From a virus (lineage: Duplodnaviria; Caudoviricetes), in the IMG/VR virus record IMGVR_UViG_3300020042_006030, positions 1 through 29,978 of that record: a stretch of 29,978 bases of DNA; one strand, written 5' to 3'. Position numbers and translations under genes: made by a program. Shown in pieces: positions 9,430 through 16,476 of this stretch. The notes beneath the pieces were generated by a model that worked only from the letters and a program-made list of their open reading frames with translations, searched no databases and had not been told where the DNA came from. Within the stretch, counting starts at the first letter, position 1. Every line of letters begins with the position of its first letter.

Positions 9430-10007
9430 CCTAATAATGCGTTACGGGTTTGAATTTTAGTTGGTGGGTTTTTAAGTAACCACCGTTTAAAGTGAAATAA
9501 AAATTTAGCATAAGTTGGATAAGAAACTTCACAACACTTCTTAAACTCCTCAATTCTAGGTAGTAATAATTCCTTACTAGATAAAGTCATCCTAGCTATA
9601 TCCTCTAAATCCATTGAGTTTGGTAAATCTTTAAACCATTGTGTGAGTTGGTTAACACTTACATTAACATTATCATTAACTGTTACTGTATCTGTTACTG
9701 TAACATTAACAGTTGACTTGCTTAAACTAGGTTCAACCTGCTTCAACTTGCTTCGTTTTTCTGCACTTGCTTTACCTCCCTTAGAGTAACCTTCTTTTGT
9801 TTTCTCCCACTCCTTTAAATCTCTCTTTAATTGTTGCTTAATTGGTTCAAATACAATATCTAAGAGTTCGTTAGGTGCTTCAGGGTTTAAGTCATTTATG
9901 TACCTTAAATAATGTTTAAAAAGGAGTCCAGCGTTAACATCACTAAGTTTCTCAACCGTATGAATAACGTCACAATATAGTAAAACGGACTTTTTATTAG
10001 TTGCCAT
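9426..10007 (-). CDS. Replication initiator (DUF6291-like N-terminus)
   Basis: KKSVLLY...LSD..AG.LFK...FEPIKQQLKRD, GGKAS, VNVTVTD linker; immediately upstream of dnaB. Confidence 0.7.
   Translation of the reverse strand: MATNKKSVLLYCDVIHTVEKLSDVNAGLLFKHYLRYINDLNPEAPNELLDIVFEPIKQQLKRDLKEWEKTKEGYSKGGKASAEKRSKLKQVEPSLSKSTVNVTVTDTVTVNDNVNVSVNQLTQWFKDLPNSMDLEDIARMTLSSKELLLPRIEEFKKCCEVSYPTYAKFLFHFKRWLLKNPPTKIQTRNALLG
9661..9772. repeat. Iteron-like repeats inside initiator gene (putative ori)
   Basis: AC(T/C)TGCTT at 9716, 9736, 9746, 9765, next to AT-rich CATTAAC and TGTTACTGTA repeats (9661-9710). Confidence 0.55.
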
Positions 10008-10143
10008 TATTAAGTTTTAAGTAGTCAATATTAGAAAATTTATATCCTTCTTTTTCAACTGCTTTTTGACAAGCCTCAAAGATTGTAGTTGCTAAGATTA
10101 TAAACCTTGAACCATTTGGTGATAATATATTAAATGAAGTCAT
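9997..10143 (-). CDS. Small hypothetical protein (48 aa, not in ORF track)
   Basis: MTSFNILSPNGSRFIILATTIFEACQKAVEKEGYKFSNIDYLKLNNGN, overlapping the initiator start. Confidence 0.6.
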   Translation of the reverse strand: MTSFNILSPNGSRFIILATTIFEACQKAVEKEGYKFSNIDYLKLNNGN

Positions 10144-10242
10144 AAAAAAATATCCCTACTAATCAAAGGCAGTCCAGTCGTACTGAAAGTACTAAGGCAA
10201 TGAGTTTCGGGAATATGTTTAAAATTTTTCATACTGAACTGC
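10144..10242 (-). ncRNA. Structured leader RNA / attenuator candidate upstream of replication genes
   Basis: AUAUUCCC-GAA...AGUA-GGGAUA followed by U7; alternative 10-bp pairing GCAGUUCAGU/ACUGGACUGC; internal hairpin GUACU-UUC-AGUAC. Confidence 0.6.
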
Positions 10243-10302
10243 GAGGTAAAGATAATTATTATTTCTAAAGGTTTAATCTCAAAGTAAAAAAGATATTAAC
10301 AA

Positions 10303-10692
10303 TTAAAATAGTTTAACATTATATCTTTGGTTTCCAAAATTACTAACTACGTTCCATTTAACAACCCCGTTAACTGTTACTGTTATATCATTAGCCTGAT
10401 AAGAACAAACACTACAAGCCTTAGAATAAAAGAATAAGTCTATACTATCAGATTGTAATATTTTAGTAGTGTATTTAACTAATGAATAAGTATAAGCGGA
10501 GTCGTGGGATAAGGTGTCATCACCCGCCCAATTAATGTTAATCCATCCGTTGCCTCCGTAGCATTTAGAATAAACTGTAACTGTTTTATCGGGTACTGCG
10601 GTTACTATTGGAGTCGTTACTGTTGTTGGTGCTACTGTTGCTTGTTTCTTACATCCCGTAATAAACAAAGCTAGAATTATTATTTTTTTCAT
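10303..10692 (-). CDS. Lipoprotein (possible superinfection exclusion)
   Basis: Signal peptide II MKKIIILALFITG-C, Thr/Pro linker, beta-rich domain. Confidence 0.75.
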   Translation of the reverse strand: MKKIIILALFITGCKKQATVAPTTVTTPIVTAVPDKTVTVYSKCYGGNGWININWAGDDTLSHDSAYTYSLVKYTTKILQSDSIDLFFYSKACSVCSYQANDITVTVNGVVKWNVVSNFGNQRYNVKLF

Positions 10693-11231
10693 GGTTTTAT
10701 TTGTGTTTTATGTCCGTTAATTTTTGATTTGTAAAACATTATTAATTCAGCTATCTCAGGTATTGATAATTTAGTGCTTAGTTTCCTTTGCTCATAAAGA
10801 GTATCAAACCTATCCTGACCTATTCTTAAAGCTAATCCTTTAGCGTATTCAGCTATATTTCCATGTAAGTGTTGATTGCATCGGACACATTGAGCGTGGA
10901 CGTTATCCTCATTAAATCTTAGGTTAGGATAAGCCCCACAACTAAAGTAATGACCCGCATCGTATTTCTCTCCTAGTTTACCTCCACAGCTTATACAGGA
11001 TTTGTTTCTATCTCTTAGCCGGATATAAGTGTTAAACAATGTTTGAAGTAAGTTAATAGAGCTTTGATGAGTTACTAAAGCCTTCTTCATTTCCTTAACT
11101 CTTTTAGTTACTTGTTTTTTGGAATTAAACTCTAAGGCACAATCCATACTACAAACTACTTGAAGGGGTTGATAAGGTAAAAACTCCTTTAAACACTGTT
11201 TACACTTCTTTTTTTTAGGCTTATAGTTCAT
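10689..11231 (-). CDS. ninG: NinG/Rap-like recombination endonuclease
   Basis: KCKQC...VCSMDCA, FNTYIRLRD..CISCG, DAGHY, LRFNEDNVHAQCVRCN. Confidence 0.92.
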   Translation of the reverse strand: MNYKPKKKKCKQCLKEFLPYQPLQVVCSMDCALEFNSKKQVTKRVKEMKKALVTHQSSINLLQTLFNTYIRLRDRNKSCISCGGKLGEKYDAGHYFSCGAYPNLRFNEDNVHAQCVRCNQHLHGNIAEYAKGLALRIGQDRFDTLYEQRKLSTKLSIPEIAELIMFYKSKINGHKTQIKP

Positions 11232-11552
11232 TTAATTTTGTTTATTAGCTGATATTGTTGAACGTAAAGACTCTAAAACCTTATAACCTGAAGACATCAA
11301 GTGTCTTATTTTATAGAGTTCAGGTACTTTATAATCTGATTCTCTTTCTTTTGATGCGTTACTTCCTTTAGTTTCAAAGTAAACCCCTAGCCATTGATTA
11401 TGATAGTAGATTCTATGTTCTGCTAACCAGTGAAGGTTAACGGATAAGTCTCTTAATATCTCGGATTGTTCCTGAGTAAAAGAAAGTTTTTTAGTTTCAT
11501 ACTCACTAATGGACTTGTTAATCTTTTCTAGTATTTCTTCTAAGGGTTTCAT
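11232..11552 (-). CDS. Hypothetical helical protein
   Basis: 106-aa ORF, coupled operon. Confidence 0.65.
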   Translation of the reverse strand: MKPLEEILEKINKSISEYETKKLSFTQEQSEILRDLSVNLHWLAEHRIYYHNQWLGVYFETKGSNASKERESDYKVPELYKIRHLMSSGYKVLESLRSTISANKQN

Positions 11553-11890
11553 TTGTTTCTTTGTTGAAATTCATACTCCTTTAAACGCTTATAGGCATTA
11601 TTAGATTGTTTCTTCATTTCATAATGAACGGCATCATCTTTAAAAAAGTCATCTTTAACCTCAATCCTTTTAAGTTTATAATCCTCTAAAGTCAAACCGA
11701 ATGCGTTTACTATCCTTTCAAATAAGTCTTTGTCTAATTCGATTGTAACCAATTCTAAAGGCTCTTCTTCAGCATCTTCGCTTACATAGACACAATTTTC
11801 TTTACAGTCTGAACATCTACCTAAACCCCAAGAGTCGCAGTCCCCGTTACCAACAGGATAAGCACCGCAGCAATTACTTACTTTTCTCAT
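11549..11890 (-). CDS. Hypothetical protein with N-terminal Zn finger
   Basis: SNCCGA...GRCSDCKENC. Confidence 0.65.
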   Translation of the reverse strand: MRKVSNCCGAYPVGNGDCDSWGLGRCSDCKENCVYVSEDAEEEPLELVTIELDKDLFERIVNAFGLTLEDYKLKRIEVKDDFFKDDAVHYEMKKQSNNAYKRLKEYEFQQRNK

Positions 11891-12303
11891 TATTCAGCCA
11901 TTTTAATTACAAAGTCAAACAATCTTTTAGCAGTAGTTTCAACTTCATCTAAGCTCATACCCATTTCAATACCGTAATTAGTCGCATTAGTCATTGAGTT
12001 TTGAGCTACTATTAATCTTTGTACTCCTTCATTTTTTACAACGGGATAACTTGAATTATTATTAACTACGTTTGGATTACTAACAACCTCTTCTTTTTTA
12101 ACTGACTTAGCTTTGTTGTACTCCTGACCTTCGTCTGTAATTTCATAGGTTAATTCCCAACCTACTTTCTGTTCATTCTTTTTACCGATGCTAATTTTAT
12201 CTCCATTCTCCATTAATAGATTGTGGTAGATTGTAGTCCCGTAGTTGTTTGTAAACGGCTTAGAGCTTACTACTGTTTTGATTTTACTTGTTTTGATTTC
12301 CAT
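11890..12303 (-). CDS. Hypothetical protein, possible OB-fold ssDNA-binding protein
   Basis: Beta-rich N-terminus, Asn-rich linker, IVAQNS helix; located in recombination region. Confidence 0.4.
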   Translation of the reverse strand: MEIKTSKIKTVVSSKPFTNNYGTTIYHNLLMENGDKISIGKKNEQKVGWELTYEITDEGQEYNKAKSVKKEEVVSNPNVVNNNSSYPVVKNEGVQRLIVAQNSMTNATNYGIEMGMSLDEVETTAKRLFDFVIKMAE

Positions 12304-12331
12304 TGTTTTGGGTTTTATTTGGTTTATAGGT

Positions 12332-12544
12332 TTATTTCCAAGTTTTATTTATTGAGTTAAGGGTTACAGATACCATTCCCTTTCTTAAAGTAGTCCAAAC
12401 ATTAGTGTTAGTTGTTTCAACCTCTGTTTTAAAAAGTCTTGCATATCCCTCTATAACCGTTAAGTCAATAGAGTAGATTTCAAAATCAGCCTCAATGTCT
12501 AAGTTTAAAAGTTCCTCGATGTTTGTTAGTTTCATATTAATCAA
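12332..12544 (-). CDS. Hypothetical protein
   Basis: ORF in dense early operon. Confidence 0.55.
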   Translation of the reverse strand: MINMKLTNIEELLNLDIEADFEIYSIDLTVIEGYARLFKTEVETTNTNVWTTLRKGMVSVTLNSINKTWK

Positions 12545-12755
12545 TTTTAAATTCGTTTAACCATTTTTTAACTCTCGTTTGTTCTATTTTAAAGTGAACC
12601 GATTTATTTCTTTTTACCTGACCTTTATCAGAAGTGTGTCTATTAATCTTTGATAAGGCTAAATCCCACTTTCTCATAATTTGGATTTGGTCGTGTCCTA
12701 ATTCGTGACGGCTTAAAAACCGTACTGAACTGAATGTTGGGTCGTTTGTCTTCAT
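12537..12755 (-). CDS. Hypothetical basic protein
   Basis: ORF in dense early operon, TAATG coupling. Confidence 0.55.
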   Translation of the reverse strand: MKTNDPTFSSVRFLSRHELGHDQIQIMRKWDLALSKINRHTSDKGQVKRNKSVHFKIEQTRVKKWLNEFKID

Positions 12756-13042
12756 TAGTTGTTTAGTTTAAATTTATAATTCGGTCTTGAGTATAATTCT
12801 ATTTTTTTAATCCCGGTATTAACTAAAAGCCCTTGTTTAGTTAAAGTAGTTATAGCCCTTCTAACGCTTGTTATTAAGAAACTATGTCCTTTAGCCTCTA
12901 ACTTATTTAAAGCCTCCCAAGCCGTTAAAGCCCTATCAGGATTGTCTTGAAATAACTCTAAGATTATAATATCCTGAGCATCGGCAGAGTTAGTGAAACT
13001 CATTAGCATTTGACCGCTTTCTTCTGTTGAGTTGTAAAACAT
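12755..13042 (-). CDS. Winged-helix DNA-binding protein
   Basis: LTAWEA...ITSVRRAITTLTKQGLLVNTG wHTH pattern. Confidence 0.7.
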   Translation of the reverse strand: MFYNSTEESGQMLMSFTNSADAQDIIILELFQDNPDRALTAWEALNKLEAKGHSFLITSVRRAITTLTKQGLLVNTGIKKIELYSRPNYKFKLNN

Positions 13043-13043
13043 A

Positions 13044-13286
13044 TTATTTAACTTTTATTGTTTCTAATACTTTATTAATCATTTCAGGGGTATATTCATT
13101 TTTTAATAAGTAACGCTCCATTTCTCCCTCTTTAATACAATCAGGACAGTAACATTCAGAACACCAAGCATCATAAGCTAATAATCTAAAGTCCCACATT
13201 ACCCCACATAAAACACAGGTGCGACCATCAGCAAACTTCTCAGGTGTGCTTAAATGATATTCTCTTAATTCATCAGGAGTGTCCAT
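13044..13286 (-). CDS. Zn-finger hypothetical protein
   Basis: CVLCG...CSECYCPDC. Confidence 0.6.
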   Translation of the reverse strand: MDTPDELREYHLSTPEKFADGRTCVLCGVMWDFRLLAYDAWCSECYCPDCIKEGEMERYLLKNEYTPEMINKVLETIKVK

Positions 13287-13945
13287 TACTTTAATTTTTC
13301 TAAAATCTGATTAATAGTTTCAAGTGATACATCAAACTGTTTTGAGCAACCAATCATAATTTTGGCTTTAGAATTTTCGCTGATTTTTTTAGCAGCTTCC
13401 CAAAAATCCCTAGAGAATAAATGACCATCAATTTCTGTTTTTTGTTGAGTTAGAATCTTCACCTCATACCCCCCTATCTTAATTACTTCGTCTTTAATGA
13501 TGGTAGCCCATTTGCCTTGTTTGTAGATGCAATGTCTACCGTAACCAGTGGTGTGTAATTCGTCATTTTCAAAATCAAAAGTATCACCCGAACCAACTTT
13601 ACCTATTTCGTGATTATAAGCCTTTACTGAATTTGTTAACGCATTAAATCTAATCTCAAACTTAAACCCTCTCTTAATAGCTTCCTTAGTTAAGGCTTCT
13701 TGTATCTCGGATGGGGTGGCGGGGCGTAAGTTTTGAAGTGTCCAATTAGAGCCTTGTTGCCATCCGTTTGAATCAAATCCGTAACAATCATATCCGTTTA
13801 GATTTTTTAAATAAACAAGATGAATACTAGAATCATTATAGCCATACCATTTATTTAATTCAGGTTTAACTAATGAAGCTTTAAACTCTTCAAATCTTTT
13901 ATCTTGCTCTGCCTTAAAGTCGGCTAACTGTTTTTCTATTGTCAT
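13286..13945 (-). CDS. Hypothetical protein
   Basis: 219 aa; LRPATPSEIQEALTKEAIKRGFK and IYKQGKWATII segments. Confidence 0.7.
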   Translation of the reverse strand: MTIEKQLADFKAEQDKRFEEFKASLVKPELNKWYGYNDSSIHLVYLKNLNGYDCYGFDSNGWQQGSNWTLQNLRPATPSEIQEALTKEAIKRGFKFEIRFNALTNSVKAYNHEIGKVGSGDTFDFENDELHTTGYGRHCIYKQGKWATIIKDEVIKIGGYEVKILTQQKTEIDGHLFSRDFWEAAKKISENSKAKIMIGCSKQFDVSLETINQILEKLK

Positions 13946-13948
13946 ATC

Positions 13949-14098
13949 TTATTTTTTAGTTTGTTTCCAAAATTTAACATCGTTCTTAAAAAAAGACTCC
14001 CATGTTGGTTCTTCATCTTTAAACTGATTAAGAACTATTAGCACACAAGCACCAAAGGCTAAGGCTATACAAAGTACTAATACTACAATTTCTAACAT
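13949..14098 (-). CDS. Small membrane protein (49 aa, not in ORF track)
   Basis: MLEIVVLVLCIALAFGACVLIVLNQFKDEEPTWESFFKNDVKFWKQTKK; fills the gap exactly. Confidence 0.65.
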   Translation of the reverse strand: MLEIVVLVLCIALAFGACVLIVLNQFKDEEPTWESFFKNDVKFWKQTKK

Positions 14099-14100
14099 AA

Positions 14101-14301
14101 TTAAGATTTTAATTCGTTTAACATTCGCTTTCTTTCTAATAGATAAAGGTTTATTTTATCGTGTGTGGACTGAGAACAAGAACCGTTTAAAGCGTTGTAA
14201 ACCGTTGCTGAGGTAATCCCCATTTCTCTAGCTGCTCTACTAACATCTAAGTTGTTAAAGTGCTTAATCCAAATGCTTAAAGTTGTTTTTTCTATTTTCA
14301 T
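14101..14301 (-). CDS. Cro/XRE-like HTH regulator
   Basis: VSRAAREMGITSATVYNALNG helix-turn-helix, 66 aa. Confidence 0.75.
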   Translation of the reverse strand: MKIEKTTLSIWIKHFNNLDVSRAAREMGITSATVYNALNGSCSQSTHDKINLYLLERKRMLNELKS

Positions 14302-14681
14302 GGTTGTTTAATTAATTGCAATCGGCTACTTTAATGTTTGGAGCAAAATTTCGCCGACTCGTAAAAGTTAGGTTAAATATTGTTTATAAAATCTCTAAGT
14401 AATTGTAGGTGCTGCCCTGAAAGAGTAATTCCATTTATTTCAAAAATATCACTCATTCCATCCTCACAATAACTTTTTATTATCATAGTTTGCTTGTTTG
14501 AATTTTTGTCCTGAGTTGTGTGGTTGTAATCTTTGTACTTAGTTGTTGCATCAATTGTAGTGGTTTTCTTTCCATAATCGTCACTTGTTGTTTCTAGGGT
14601 TGTTTTTTCTATTTTCATGGTTGTTTAGTTAATTGCGGTACGGTACTCCTTTCGTTTCCCATACTCGCAAAAGTTAGGTTA
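14282..14681. repeat. Bipartite direct repeat flanking ORF 14373-14618
   Basis: 38-bp block at 14282-14319 and 14599-14636 (1 mismatch); 19-bp block at 14357-14375 and 14663-14681 (1 mismatch). Confidence 0.92.
14373..14618 (-). CDS. Hypothetical protein
   Basis: 81 aa; shares N-terminal MKIEKTTL with the HTH gene. Confidence 0.65.
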   Translation of the reverse strand: MKIEKTTLETTSDDYGKKTTTIDATTKYKDYNHTTQDKNSNKQTMIIKSYCEDGMSDIFEINGITLSGQHLQLLRDFINNI

Positions 14682-14951
14682 TTCAGTGGCTTTTTTAATT
14701 GCTTTATAAGATTTAATTATTGCGCTTTCGATATCCCCTTTAGTTACCACGGCAGTATGTAAGTTTTGGAGAGCCTCTAATAGTTCAGGGGCGGAGGCGA
14801 TTAGTTTTTGATTAGCGGTTATTTCTTCGTTATGGTCGCTCCCCATATTTAAAGCCATCCCTCTAACTGTTATGGTTTTACCTTTTGAATCAACAATACT
14901 ATTGTATTTGTTAATTGTCCACGGCGCTGGTGTATGTTTTAAATTTTTCAT
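14679..14951 (-). CDS. Conserved phage early protein (HTPxPW...ANxxLIAxAPELLEAL type)
   Basis: KHTPAPW and ANQKLIASAPELLEAL motifs. Confidence 0.75.
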   Translation of the reverse strand: MKNLKHTPAPWTINKYNSIVDSKGKTITVRGMALNMGSDHNEEITANQKLIASAPELLEALQNLHTAVVTKGDIESAIIKSYKAIKKATE

Positions 14952-14979
14952 TTTTGCGAGTTTTAAATTGTTTATACGT

Positions 14980-14987
14980 CAAATATA
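14980..14987 (-). promoter_or_regulatory. Leftward early promoter -7 box (TATATTTG)
   Basis: Exact TAnnTTTG match 28 nt upstream of ATG 14951 in the divergent region. Confidence 0.7.
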
Positions 14988-15086
14988 ATGGATTCTTTTT
15001 ACATAAAAACTATAAAAGTTAAACTATTTTCATATAGTTTAGCTAAAGTGTTGATAACTAGATTAATAAAATTAACCTAACTTTTA

Positions 15087-15094
15087 TAAATTTG
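15087..15094 (+). promoter_or_regulatory. Rightward promoter -7 box (TAAATTTG)
   Basis: Exact TAnnTTTG match 8 nt before ATG 15103. Confidence 0.65.
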
Positions 15095-15102
15095 AGTCCA
15101 AG

Positions 15103-15639
15103 ATGCCTGAATGGGATGAATTAATTGAAAGAATAGCCAAAGATGACAAATATCGTCTTATGTGCAAGGGTATTACAAAAAACAAAGTACTAAGACAAGA
15201 GCTTTATTCAGAGTGTATAGTTACGTTATTTGATTTTAAAGAAGAGGTTTTTAAGGCTGATAAAGAGAACTACTTATCAGTTTATATTTATGCCGTAATC
15301 TATAATATTTGGAATCATAAAGGGGATGTTAAAAAATTTAAGGGTAAAACCTCCCCTCTTTATATGATAGCTGAACATAGGGAAATGCACAAAGAATACA
15401 TTAACGAGTTAAAGCGAAACGACAATAAGGATAAGAACTTAATAAGAGAGGCGGTTAACGAGCTATCTAAAAAAATGAACTCAGGAAACGAAGAGGATAG
15501 ATTAGCGGCTCAGTTACTTTGGGAGGTTTGTAATAGCAACAGCCACACAGTAAGCATTAAGAATAACACAAGTAGGTATCAAATTAACAGAAGGATAAAC
15601 CCTATACTAAAAGAACTTAAACGTAAACTAAATGGATAA
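15103..15639 (+). CDS. Sigma70/ECF-like transcription factor (probable late regulator)
   Basis: Region-2-like QELYSECIVTLF...YLSVYIYAVIYN and C-terminal region-4-like HTH; first gene of late arm. Confidence 0.6.
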   Translation: MPEWDELIERIAKDDKYRLMCKGITKNKVLRQELYSECIVTLFDFKEEVFKADKENYLSVYIYAVIYNIWNHKGDVKKFKGKTSPLYMIAEHREMHKEYINELKRNDNKDKNLIREAVNELSKKMNSGNEEDRLAAQLLWEVCNSNSHTVSIKNNTSRYQINRRINPILKELKRKLNG

Positions 15640-15895
15640 CATTATAATAGCAATAGTAGCTTGGTGGATAGCTGAGGGATGCGGATTAATTCAAAAGTTA
15701 ATTTGGTGGTTAATAAAGAAAGGGTATAAGAAAACTAATCGTTTAAAACCTTTAGATTGTCCTTTATGCCTAGCCTTTTGGATTGGGTTAGTGTATAACA
15801 CTATTGAGTATTCAAGTCCTTTAAACGGGCTTATAAACGCTATTCTATGTAGTTCGTGTGCAATATTAATATCTAAAATATATAGTAGGTTATGA
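15632..15895 (+). CDS. DUF1360-like membrane protein
   Basis: KPLDCPLCLAFWIG motif and hydrophobic helices. Confidence 0.65.
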   Translation: MDNIIIAIVAWWIAEGCGLIQKLIWWLIKKGYKKTNRLKPLDCPLCLAFWIGLVYNTIEYSSPLNGLINAILCSSCAILISKIYSRL

Positions 15896-15975
15896 GTTTA
15901 TACGAATTATCAGTAATATTTTGGTTAATGATTATTTCAGGTACTTTAATAATTAGAGACTTTACAAAGAAATGA
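15892..15975 (+). CDS. 27-aa hydrophobic peptide (not in ORF track)
   Basis: MSLYELSVIFWLMIISGTLIIRDFTKK; ATGA overlaps at both ends. Confidence 0.55.
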   Translation: MSLYELSVIFWLMIISGTLIIRDFTKK

Positions 15976-16190
15976 CCCCCGAACAATATAACCGACTTAA
16001 CGCTTACCGAACAAATTTAGAGGATGTCCTTAATCATGGTTGTTCTATTGGCGGTCAACTATTAAGAGACATTGATAATCTTTACCACGAAATATACCCA
16101 ACCGCAGCCCCTACTTCATTCGGTTGTAACGCTTGTATTAATGAAATGCTAAGAACTGTTTATAATACTTTATTGAAATATGGAAACTAA
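15972..16190 (+). CDS. Hypothetical protein with CxxC
   Basis: PTSFGCNACI. Confidence 0.65.
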   Translation: MTPEQYNRLNAYRTNLEDVLNHGCSIGGQLLRDIDNLYHEIYPTAAPTSFGCNACINEMLRTVYNTLLKYGN

Positions 16191-16476
16191 ATTTAAATTA
16201 CTAGACAAGGTAGTCTATGAGTATGTTAATTTCGACAAACCTATTAATATTGTACCAATATCACAGGGTTGTAGTGGCGCACCTTGTTATTTAAACAATG
16301 ATAAGGTTGTGGGTATTATTAAAAGAATTGAAACTACCCACGTTGAGGAATATTACTTTAATAATCCTGATGATTATGAACAAGAAGAAGAAGGTGAAAA
16401 CAACTACACTTATACAGAATATTTTATAACAGGTTGGGATAAACCATTAACATCATATATGATTAAATATGCCTAA
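16180..16476 (+). CDS. Hypothetical protein
   Basis: 98 aa, TKFKLLDKV start, acidic middle. Confidence 0.6.
   Translation: METKFKLLDKVVYEYVNFDKPINIVPISQGCSGAPCYLNNDKVVGIIKRIETTHVEEYYFNNPDDYEQEEEGENNYTYTEYFITGWDKPLTSYMIKYA

Noticed and set aside
14282-14681. Mini-CRISPR array or hammerhead ribozyme
   Set aside because: Only two repeat copies separated by a gene; no CUGANGA core found
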